Assembly (NCBI GenBank): GCA_049999805.1
Contig: JBNGIO010005930.1
Span: 1-38,070, forward strand
From: Folioceros fuciformis
Lineage: Eukaryota
Direction: 5' to 3'
DNA: 38,070 nt
Part shown: positions 11,952 through 22,156 of the stretch, one piece after another
Layout: each line of letters begins with the position of its first letter
How positions within the stretch are numbered: position 1 is the first letter of the stretch
The notes under the pieces: generated by a model
Told to the model about the DNA's origin: nothing
What the model saw: the letters and a program-made list of their open reading frames with translations, nothing else
Databases searched by the model: none
Made by a program: the position numbers and the translations under genes

Positions 11952-12165
11952 TGTTAGAGCATATATAGTATCCCTAACTATATTTAAACATAAGTGCTAG
12001 GTAAACACAAACGAAACGGCACGACTGTTTGAGGGTAAATTGGTTAGGTGGACAAACTACTATTTAAGCAGTAACGTTGTTGTAAAACTTGATTTATTAT
12101 TCAATTGTAAAACACATAGAGAACTATTCCTAGAATTGTGATGCTCCCTAATCACTTTGTTCTCA
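11952..12165 (+). repeat. 3' LTR of copia element
   Basis: TGTTAGAGC...GTTCTCA (TG...CA), 214 bp. Confidence 0.95.
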
Positions 12166-13228
12166 CACAAGAACCTCCAGGAGACAAAGACACAGTAGGT
12201 ACGAAGTATGGCTATCTATTAGAACAAGACAAACATCAACAATCCGAGAATTCATGGCTGGGTAGTCCACATATAGCTTCAACCACTCCCTCTCGGCAAC
12301 ATTGAGTGAAGGTGCGATCTAAATTTTGTTGCACCACCAAAGTCTAACAGACCATAACAAAAGTCATAGCTCCCATCTACATGGAACCAATTATGTATCC
12401 GGATTTGTACAACACTAGGCCATAGAAGCAACTGATTAATAAAAAATGAAAGTAGGCACCCCCGTTTCTGGCTATCACTTGCCTTGATTTGCCCTTTCTA
12501 CTACATTTACCAACATTTGGTTTGCTAGTAATGTTCAGTAAGGGCTCCTACCTTGTTAACCTCTTATCCTTTGGCCCAAACGTGCATTCATGTATTCAGT
12601 TGGGATGTTGTCGGCAACTTTGTTTGCTCTTTGTTGAAGGCTCTTCCATTAATCCCGATGGACGAATTTGGTTGGGAACATGGTGTTGATCTGCTCTATG
12701 TCAAGAAAATCGACCACCCTATTCGCTAGGACATGGGCGATCTTCAGTGATGAAACTTTCGATTGTGTGGTGTGGATCGAGGGAATCCACTCCAAGGATT
12801 CCTTGGTAAAAGGGCCTCAAGGAGGGGACTACATGAAAAATGGACAGCTCGCTCCTACACTCTCCATGGTGGTCTATTTCCTACAGCATTATTAGCACCA
12901 CAGTGAACTATCCCTTTCTGAATACTGACAAGGAAATGCATCCCCAATTGTGAGCTACCTACTACACTAGAGCGTGCCAACCTCCTTCGCGATCCAAAAC
13001 CCTTGGGCCACTTATGCACGCGAGGAATGCAACGGACTCATGGAGCACACTTAGCTTCACGTGCCTCTTCCGACACGCACGACGCATGACTTGAGTTTCA
13101 AGTGCCAGGGTAAGGCCACATTTTAGATTGGTATATCTACGGTTGTTTGTATACACAAATTGTACAGGGCTACGTATGATGAACACTCTCGGCGTCGATT
13201 AGGCCTCTCCCGCCGGTGTCGGCATGAG

Positions 13229-14621
13229 GTAAGTGGGTGCCCGCCAAGCATCACACATGAAGGTCATGTGATGCCCATGAAGGGCATAGAGGGTCTATTG
13301 GTGGTGGGGTCACAGCGCATCGGGAAGTGGAACCTCATCACTCTACTTGGAGGTTTAGCTCATGCCGTTCGACAATCACAACGCCAGCTTCCAACATTTG
13401 TGGCCACTAAATTGCAATACACGGGATACAGTTCAATGTCCTTCCTCATCAGGTTTCCTCGTTTTCAAAATGCTGGTACAATAGCCGATGGCAGAGCTGA
13501 GCAGAAACTCGCACAAAATAGGTTACGAAGTGATGCAAAACTAGTAGAAAACATGTAAATGAGTTGACGGGTACAGCGCTGTAGTTGCAAAACGACAGAG
13601 GGGCTGACAGAGGCGGAGACACGCGAGTATCGTTGATATGTGTGTGGCAGACCTTGATTTTTTCCTCCTACAAATCATACTTTCGCATCAAACTACTCTC
13701 ACAAATTTCCTAATATGTCGTTTTTCATCCATCCTTGTGGCTCCACGTCACTAATGCAGAGCAAAGCAACTGCATTTGCTGGTACTCTGACGCCTTACTC
13801 CGCGACCCGAGTTTGCCCTTCCTTCTTATTACAACCTTCTAGGTAGCACCTGGTGACAAGGCATTGAGAGCGTCTAATAGAGACGGTTCGAAACCTTTTG
13901 CTAATATCTACAACTTTACTCCCTACAACGGCAAGCATGCAATTGTGAGAGCTCTTGAACCAACTACGAAACCTAGTATGCCACCTACGAGCAAACGAGG
14001 TTGTGCGCAATCCTTATACTCACCCTTTCAGGAACCCCAACTTGCAACATTCTGAAAGGTGATTAGGATGGATCATCCTTTACCTATCTATCAGGAACAA
14101 ACAAAATGAGCAACCCTAAAGCTCACCAGCTGGGCCACCTAGACGCGAGGCCGATCAGGTTAACCTTAGGCTGTGATTGCTACTCTGATGCACTCGATGA
14201 AACCGACAAACTGGCCACTACGTCTTGTTGACTACCTTTCACACTATCATACAAAGAAGGGAAATATTAAAGGCATTGATTCTTGAAGCTGCAGCAATAG
14301 CAATTGCATGTGTCGAAACTACCTGAGATGGAGACTAGCATCCTCATTTGACTTCAGCGGCTGCTCTGCACCCTAATCGATATCAGCCAGCAAGGTAACG
14401 TAGAGGGCAGATGCCTGCCCTGGTCCATCAACTCCTTCAGTATTTCTCAACTTGTCCTCTAAAAGTGCAATGGTGGCATCCAGTCTCTGAACCCTTCTGC
14501 TACAGGCAAGCAGATTGGAGCAGCTGTAACCACGCCACATTAAAAATTGGGACTTTAGCAAGCTGTTGCTCGAAGATTGTTGAGAACTTGTTTAGAAGCT
14601 GCACGGTATGCACAACGTACG
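13229..14621 (-). pseudogene. 5'-truncated, decayed duplicate of the WASHC3/CCDC53 locus
   Basis: Direct-repeat copy of 21549-22964 including introns and 3' region. It lacks exon 1 and the start, has a deletion removing the exon 2 donor, an indel in exon 5, and CAG>TAG stops in exons 3 and 6. Confidence 0.88.
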
Positions 14622-15082
14622 AGACTCTTCTTGTCTTCATGACGGCTGTTAATAAGGTCTACCCTCCGAACAATCACCTCAATTTCTTCAATGATTACCC
14701 TACATCTAATCCCACAATGACTGCCTCATAGCCCTCCCTTGAGATTGTGCTTTATTTCCTCCAAGTGACCAGCCAAAACCCAAGAGTTGTCTTAATGTCC
14801 CAAGGATGATAGGTTTAACCTACTTGTGGTAAGTTAGTTACTAACTAAGAACATAGTAGAAGCGTTGCAGGAAGTATTCTCCTATGATATGAGAATCGAA
14901 ATGACTAGGATAGCAAACAAGCAAACAACCTAAGAAACTAACGGACACAGCAAAATTGGCGATAACTAGTAAAGCCAAGAATAGTTAAATAGAACGCAAT
15001 GATTTTATCATTTTTATTCCAAAAAAAATTTCCCTACATATTCACAACTTGTTTTACAAGAAAAAGTACCCTTTTGTTATGA

Positions 15083-16183
15083 CTAATTGTCTAAAAGTTC
15101 TTGGATATTTTTTGCCCTATCCTGTCTTTTTTTGTTGTACATTTTTCCTCGTATCATGAGATTTGCCATTGTCTGCTGCATATGTTCGGTGAAGTGAAAG
15201 CCATCCCAAAACACCATGGCATCTCTATCAGAACAATATGACGAAACGTTTCTCATGCATGGTCCGATGCTTGTAAAATTATGTTGTGTGGGATGTTGAA
15301 AGATTCCAAGAGTCCTACGAAAAAACAAGGGATGTAGAATCTTGCTATCTTGCAATATGTTGTTGGATGACTTGTTTTCAAACAAGTTATGAAGCATATT
15401 CTCAAGAACTTGATTGTATTGAAATACCATTTGATTACCTTGAACTGCACAACCATTTCTTATTGCCAACGAGGCGTTAAGTCCTTCCATAACACCGGGA
15501 GCACAACCAAGTGCTGAGATTTGTGGAACAATGAATTTCCGAGCTCCATGGGAATGCAATAGCTTAAGATAATGCTGAAAGTTTTGAATGAGCACATTAA
15601 TACCCTCTGTCATCTCAGTTTGATTTGATACTCTACGGAAAAGTTCAGAAAGATCATTTGATCCCATCGCCACATAAAATATAGATGACTCAAGATGATT
15701 CTCTAATACACTAGAGGAATTTGAAAAATTCTGTTGTAATTTAGAAATATCTTGTATAAACAAATCTAGTTGGTGTCCGAGTGAAAGAAGCTCTCCAAAT
15801 GCAATTCCAGTCTCATTTAGAATTCCAGAACCAGCGGAAGCATAATTTAATCCAGGGCTAGTGAAATTTTGGAACGAGTTAGGTTGCATCACTGGTGGAG
15901 GGTAATACAATCCAAGGTACTCTGCAATGTAATCCACATCAATTTTCCCATTGGAAAATCTACCTGTTGCTTGGTGGTGTGCAAAATCAATTCCATAAGG
16001 TGTAAAATTTGCTTTAGCATGATTATTCAAAAAGTTGTTGTTACCCGCATCTGCTGTAGAATCACCAAAAACATAGAGTGCAGGCACCAACGGAGAAGCT
16101 TGGCTTGCTGGAATATATAGTAGAACCATAACCAGAAACAAACATAATAAGTTCAATAATTGCCTATGCTCGTAGTGACCCAT
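15083..16183 (-). CDS. GDSL esterase/lipase (SGNH hydrolase), secreted, intronless
   Basis: 366-aa single ORF with a hydrophobic signal peptide, block I FGDSTADAGNN, TGRFSNG, block II NYASAGSG, block III MGSND and block V FWDGFH. Confidence 0.93.
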   Translation of the reverse strand: MGHYEHRQLLNLLCLFLVMVLLYIPASQASPLVPALYVFGDSTADAGNNNFLNNHAKANFTPYGIDFAHHQATGRFSNGKIDVDYIAEYLGLYYPPPVMQPNSFQNFTSPGLNYASAGSGILNETGIAFGELLSLGHQLDLFIQDISKLQQNFSNSSSVLENHLESSIFYVAMGSNDLSELFRRVSNQTEMTEGINVLIQNFQHYLKLLHSHGARKFIVPQISALGCAPGVMEGLNASLAIRNGCAVQGNQMVFQYNQVLENMLHNLFENKSSNNILQDSKILHPLFFRRTLGIFQHPTQHNFTSIGPCMRNVSSYCSDRDAMVFWDGFHFTEHMQQTMANLMIRGKMYNKKRQDRAKNIQELLDN

Positions 16184-16451
16184 TTCAATATCTCTTTAGT
16201 CTTCAGCTAGTCACCAATATAATTTTCGAATCTGATCACAAATATAAAACTATCACAAAGTGAGAATCAAGAGAACAAGAGTGACGATACAATTTGATTT
16301 CATGAACGAAAATATTACTCTTGTCAACTATGTAAGAAATTGATATGGCAATTGACATTCCACTTACCCTGATCTTTACTCAACAATGCTTATAGAAGAG
16401 TTTGGCGGCCTACACCCAAGTGGCTACTACCCTTGACTTTGTCTGATAAGA

Positions 16452-16739
16452 TTGCTCTTCAAGCCCTCCACAGATGTCCCTCTCAAGGCTTATGCTCTTG
16501 CCTTTTATATTGCGCAACTAAGCTTGCTCTTCAAGCCCTCCACACATGTCCCTGTCAAGGCCTATGCCCTTGCCTTTTATATTGCGCAACTAAGCTTGCT
16601 CTTCAAGCCCTTCACAGATGTCGCTCTCAAGGCCTATGCCCTTGCCTTTTATACTGCGCAACTAAGCTTGCTCTTCAAGCCCTCCACAGATGTCCCTCTC
16701 AAGGCCTATGCCCTTGCCTTTTATACTGCAAAACTAAGC
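16452..16739. repeat. Tandem repeat, 72-bp unit x4
   Basis: TTGCTCTTCAAGCCCTCCACAGATGTCCCTCTCAAGGCCTATGCCCTTGCCTTTTATATTGCGCAACTAAGC-like units start at 16452, 16524, 16596 and 16668. Confidence 0.95.
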
Positions 16740-17038
16740 CACTGCTAAAGCTGGCAATCATACTCACCACTCATCTCAAAATACTAGTGGTTATTGCAAC
16801 TCCATCCTTCTTAGGTGTTTTTGCTTAGAACACAACTTGTTTACAAAGACAGCAAGAAACATACATACTTGCTTCTTCATCAAGGCAGCACTGCTAAAGC
16901 TGGGAATCATATGCACCACTCATCTCAAAATACTAGTGATTATTGCAACTCCATCCTTCTTAGGTGTTTTTGCTTAGAGCACAACTTCTTTACAAAGATA
17001 GCAAGAAACATACATACTTGCTTCTCCATCAAGGCAGC
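16740..17038. repeat. Tandem duplication, 149-bp unit x2
   Basis: CACTGCTAAAGCTGG...CATCAAGGCAG units start at 16740 and 16889. Confidence 0.92.
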
Positions 17039-17452
17039 TCTAGATTTAGCTTTCACCCTTTCTCTATGAGGTACTATATTTATTATTACTATAGTGAGAT
17101 GATTTTTCTTTTAAAAAACAATGGCTCACAATAGTAAAACATCTCGCAATAGTAATATTAATCTAGTTGTAATGATTAAAATTATATATATATAAAGAAG
17201 AGGTCCAAAGTTATTATTTCTTTATAGTTAAGAATTGTATACCTCTTTTTTAAGAATTTAACTATATTTGCTGTAAAAGAAGTATGCTCATTTCGTAAGA
17301 AGTATGAAGTATGCTCATTTCGTAAGAAGTATGCTCATTTCGTAGCCAAGAGATAATATAGTCTGCTATAAATGTGTCATAGATGTGTTCTCTATATGGT
17401 ATGTGTTAGATGTGTTCTATATAAGGTATGTGTTAGATATGTTTCATAGGGG

Positions 17453-17970
17453 GTATTTTCTATGATTGAAAAAGAGATACAAAGTCTCATTACTCCAAAG
17501 ATTGGAGGAACAACCCCATTAGGGCCAAAGGCAAAAAGAGGTACGGTCTCCCCCGTGCGAATATCATTTTCAAAAACTACCTACTACCCCCAAAATGTCA
17601 TGATGTGGAATAACAAAAGGCCTACCTACCATCAGTGCCGAACAAGCCGCTTGACTTATGCTTGTTGTTGTTCTAAAAACTGCATTGGCCAACGCTCGTT
17701 GCAAAGCAATGGATACACGTTGTCTAAAGAAGGCCACCACAGAGGAAAGAGGGAGAACACCATTCCTATTGCTCTGATAAACCTTGGCGCACTCCTTGAT
17801 AAACCTTGAAAAGTCCTTGCCCATAGCTCCATGAGTCTTAAGAGCAAGGGGGATGAAAGTATGCCCGTCTTGCAAGGGAGAATACGTATGAACTTTGGCA
17901 CTTGCACAACCCTCTGCCGCCCAACCAGGGGGGTTGATGATGACATGCTCACAAATCGAATCCCTAATCA
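17453..17970 (-). mobile_element. 3' fragment of a CRE-like (RLE-type) non-LTR retrotransposon (copy 2)
   Basis: ORF 17570-17971 contains AAEGCASAKVHTYSPLQDGHTFIPLALKTHGAMG...FFRQRVSIALQRALANAV. Homologous to 4516-5085 with a shared 3' boundary. Confidence 0.6.
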
Positions 17971-18279
17971 AAAATCAAATCAAATCAAATCGAATTGCGC
18001 GAGATGGCGTCTGCTCAATTCATGAGCCTAGCCAAATGGCTCCTCTGCTTCCTACAGCATAAGAAGTAGGATTATTTATCTGACTATATGTTGTTGTTCC
18101 TACATGAGGTGGTCAAGGAGAGCAGGATCAACTAGGGGACGACCATTTTCGACAGGCTGAGTGAGGAGAGGCAGAATCTGACTTCCCCCACTCCTCGGCC
18201 ATCCTTAATGTCTCCCTTCCTTGTCCATCTTTACCCGCATGTTAATTGTTTGCCTGAGTTGGACATTGTAGCTTCCTTG

Positions 18280-19250
18280 CAACATGTGGCGGCTGGTTAG
18301 GAAGATTAAATGGAAGCCAGATGAGCCCAAGGGAGAGGCAAAGCCAGAGTCCAGCAGGTGGGAATCTGGAGCGACTAGTAGCTCAGAAGAGGAGGTCACC
18401 ATCAGTAGGAAATGGAAGGCGTGAGGAAGCAAGAAAGCTCCTGCGAAGGAAAGGAAGGCGAATGCGCACGTCACCAGGTCCAAAGCGAATCTCGTGTTGT
18501 AGGAGATGGCCAGGAAGACAAGGACCAAGCAACAAAGCACCCCATCCACAGAATCAGCTGAAGAGGCATCGTGGGCGGAAGAGAAGCCCGCTGATGTGGC
18601 TGCAGGAGTTTTGGAGAAATTAGGGCTGACCCCTGCAGTGGAACTCTTCCCTGGATGGGAAGAAGGTTTTAAGGGCACTTCCCTAGTAGCAAACTTGGAG
18701 GCAGAGGAGCTGGCTAGAGTGTGCACCTTGCTGAGGAAGGGAATACTGGATAGAGGAATGGCTATCGGGGGAACCCTTCCTCAGCAGGTGGATCTTCCAG
18801 GATTGATAGAGGCCATGGTCCGAGCACAGGTGGACATGCTGGATCAGGTCGTGCTGGCGCTCACTTGGTTGAGTATGTAGGGACAGCGAGATGACGTGGC
18901 GTAGGCCAAGCTGGCTGAAACGAAAGCAAGACGGAAACAGTTGGAAGAGGCCCAATAGGCCCTTGGCGAAGTGAGTGCTCAAGTGCAGGAAGAATTGCGC
19001 AAGGCACGGGAAGAGGTGTAGACCATGAAGAATTAGCAGGAACTGCTCTTGACCCAAGTTAAGGAGGTGCATGAAGCAAATCAAGAAATGGAGCAAGAGT
19101 TATTGCGGGCACAAGAGTAGGAAGCAGCCACTGTGGAGAAGGTCCAAAAAGTAGCGGACCGTTACAAACGGGAACGGGATGAGGCTCGGAGCCGAGTCAA
19201 GGGAAGGGCAAGGTCAAACGGAGTAGCAAGTCCACGATCGAGTTAGCGGA
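18280..19250 (+). pseudogene. Decayed long ORF with a coiled-coil region, probably TE-derived
   Basis: One frame runs from MWRLVRKIKWK through ORF 18506-18880 into a Glu/Gln/Ala/Leu-rich heptad region. It is interrupted only by TAG stops and one TGA. No recognisable domain. Confidence 0.5.
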
Positions 19251-20834
19251 AGCCGCTACCGGTAGGGGAGAGATGACTGCAGTAGTGGGAAGTCCTACCG
19301 TGGTTGGGGAAGCAGTAATAGTCATTGAATCAGCAACCAGGGGTGCTGAAACCCTACTCGTACCAGGAGGACTAGAATGGAGACAATTGCAGGCAAAGCA
19401 ACAGGAAGCACTCTAGCATCCGTGGTGGGTAGAGAGCAGACAATCAGGGGTATCCCATGGGAGGAGGGGGTAAGCACCTCATTTGCAGTAGGGGGCTAGA
19501 TTGTCTTAAGGCACATGGATGAACAGTCTTATATTCCTGGTCTCTATGTAAATGGAGATCATGTACTTAACCTTACCGTCCATGTGCATGTGGAAATAGG
19601 AGCGACCAGGGCCTACCGTGCAAGTGAAGACCCGGAATGGATGTTTCTTCCATTGTGTCCGGGTATGGGGATTACCCCCTATTATTCGGAGGCAGTACTG
19701 AAGGAGCTCACGGAAGAGGAGGCACAAGCTTTGGTGGAGGAGGAACTTGTGCTAGTCCTTAGCAACATGTGGCCAGTAGAAGAAGAGAGACCTTCCTTGC
19801 GGGCACCACCTATGCCCAGCCAGGAGAGGTCAGCCAACAGCGGGAGTGAGGTGAAGATTTTATAGGAGGATTTGCTTGATCAGCAGCGTGGGAGGAGAAC
19901 CCGGGGATTTGATGGTAGAGGAAGGAGGGCCAAAAGAACAGATAGAGAGCAAGAGAGGAGAAGTGTGGCTGATCACTGAACGTAGTGCGAGGTGAGAGGC
20001 AGGAGGTTGAGAGTGAAGGAGAAGAACTAACTGCAACTTACTGAAGAGGATTGTTGAGAGATTATGAAAGATTGTTGGAGATTGGAGATGATTTCTAAGA
20101 GATTTCTGGGCATTTGTGGGAGATTGTTGAAGACTGTTGGAGATTGGGGGAGATTGTGGAGGATTGCTAAGGGACTACTGGAGATTTGTGGACATTGCTA
20201 GACGATTGGAGATATTTGGAATTAGGCCTGTGAGAAACGAGTGTGAACCAAAGCTCTTGTGTGTTTTGCATGTGTGGAGAGTCTTGTATTTGTGTGTGAG
20301 GAAGTGTGGCTAATCTGAGGGGTCTTGTTTCCCAAGGATTGGCATTTGCATGTGTGGGGGGCATCCAATAAGGCCAGATCTGAGAGTCTGGAAGCCATGT
20401 GCCGAAACTCGTGGTGGAAACCCGTGGCAGTGCATGCGCCGGACAAATATTAGTTAGGGTTCTAGGTGGGTCCCACCACAATCGTGGAAACAATTACCGT
20501 TTGCGGAAATAGCGACCACGGTCGTGGAGTGGGAACTGGAGTCGTAGAGTAGGGCCCGTGGTAGCTGAGCTAACTAGGGGTAGTAGTAGTGGAGTTGGTA
20601 GGTAGTAGGAACTGTAGTAGGTGAGCCTTGACTTAGGTAAGGGCCGGTAGTGATAAAAGTTAGTGTTTCTTGGCACAAATCATTCCTTGGGAGGAACGAA
20701 TCATATGACTACAACGACATAGACAATGAATGTACACCTCACGGTGTCTTCGGACACAAGATTTCACTCTAGAGTAATATGGGAAAAATAATACCGAGTA
20801 GGTTCTAGTAATTACGTAGTTTGAGAATATAGCA

Positions 20835-21000
20835 GTGGCTTGAGATAGCCAAAGGGAGGTTGTTGGAGGGAGGAATGATGGATGTCTCAAAGGTGGCTTG
20901 NNNNNNNNNNGGGAGGTTGTTGGAGGGAGGAATGATGGATGTCTCAAAGGTGGCTTGAGATGGCCAAGGGGAGGTTGTTGGAGGGAGGAATGATGGATTT
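20835..21000. repeat. Tandem repeat, ~58-bp unit, ~3 copies around a 10-N gap
   Basis: GTGGCTTGAGAT(A/G)GCCAA(A/G)GGGAGGTTGTTGGAGGGAGGAATGATGGATGTCTCAAAG repeated; the array may be collapsed in the assembly. Confidence 0.9.
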
Positions 21001-22156
21001 CTAAAGGGACACAGTTGAATTTCCCTAAACCCTACTGTCCACAACCTTCTAAGACCGGTCATTGCCTAGGCACGTCTCGGGCCATGGGTGCCACGGTGGC
21101 AGCGATTAGCGGACGCAATCATGGGTTCTTAGTACGTATCCCATGCAAGTCATTAGGCTGCAGTGGGTTAGTTCTTATGATGGTTTATCTTCCTCTTTAG
21201 GGATTTTTCATCTTATTTTTTTAATTACATAAATCCTCGTATCCTGGGACGTATGTTTTTCACTTTTTGATCCTAGGTGATTCTTTTGTCGTTCCATCAC
21301 TCGTACTCCATCCCCGATTCAAACATTCGGATCATTTGGGGATGTGCTTGGGATTGGTGGATGCCGAAGAAAGAGATCTCTACCGTGTTCCGCGTCCGGT
21401 ATTTAGTCACATAATGAGGTAAAAATTCCGATTTCCCGGTCTCCATGTGAGTCACCTCTTCGTGCTGGGACTACAACGCTGGACAATCGCAGCGCCAGAT
21501 TCCAACATCCGTGGCCGCTAAACGGCAATACAGGGGATACAGTTCAATGTAAGCGGGCGCCGCCAAGCATCACACATGAAGGTCATGTGATGCTCATGAA
21601 GGGCATAGAGGGTCTGTTGGTGGTGGAGTCACAGCGCATCGGGAAGTGGAACCTCATCACTCTACCTGGAGGTTTAGCTCATGCCGTTCGACAATCACAG
21701 CGCCAGCTTCCAACATCCATGGCCGCTAAATGGCAATACAGGGGATACAGTTCAATGTCCTTCCTCATCAGGTTTCCTCGTTTTCAAAATGCCGGTACAA
21801 AAGCCGATGGCATAGCCGAGCAGAAACGCGCACGAAACAGTTAACGAAGTGATGCACAACTAGTACAAAACATGTAAATGAGTTGACGGGTACAGCGCTG
21901 TAGTTGCAAAACGACGGAGGGGCTGACAGAGGCGGAGACACGCGGGTATCGTTGACATGTGTGTGGCAGACCTTGATTTTTTTCTCCTACAAATCATACT
22001 TTCGCATCAAACTACTCTCACAAATTTCCTGATATGTCGTTTTCCGTCCATCCTTGTGGCTCCAGCACACCAATGTAGAGCCAGGCAGCTCCGTTTGCTG
22101 GAACTCTGACGCCTTACCCCACGAGCTATTTTTCCCTTCCTTCTCATCACAACCTT

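Larger units (their letters stand above)
5580..12165 (+). mobile_element. Full-length Ty1/copia LTR retrotransposon, decayed
   Basis: Two 214-bp LTRs, PBS, PPT, a 5-bp TSD (CGCAA at 5575-5579 / CACAA at 12166-12170, one mismatch), and gag-PR-IN-RT-RH domain order. Confidence 0.96.

Noticed and set aside
12166-12960. Possible LINE RNase H-like remnants (minus-strand WFHVDGSY, WLKLYVD) around the copia insertion site
   Set aside because: The motifs are too short and the frames too broken to support a call.
16452-16739. CRISPR-like array
   Set aside because: The units are contiguous near-identical repeats without unique spacers, the context is eukaryotic, and there are no cas genes.
16433-16828. 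Cys-rich repeat ORFs (LALQALHRCPSQGLCPCLLYCATK)
   Set aside because: They arise from a 72-bp (multiple of 3) tandem repeat, have non-ATG starts, and show no other sign of coding.
12961-17100. CACTA or hAT terminal inverted repeats around the duplicated segment (CACTAGAGCGTGCCAA at about 12965)
   Set aside because: I found no matching inverted end with a consistent target-site duplication.
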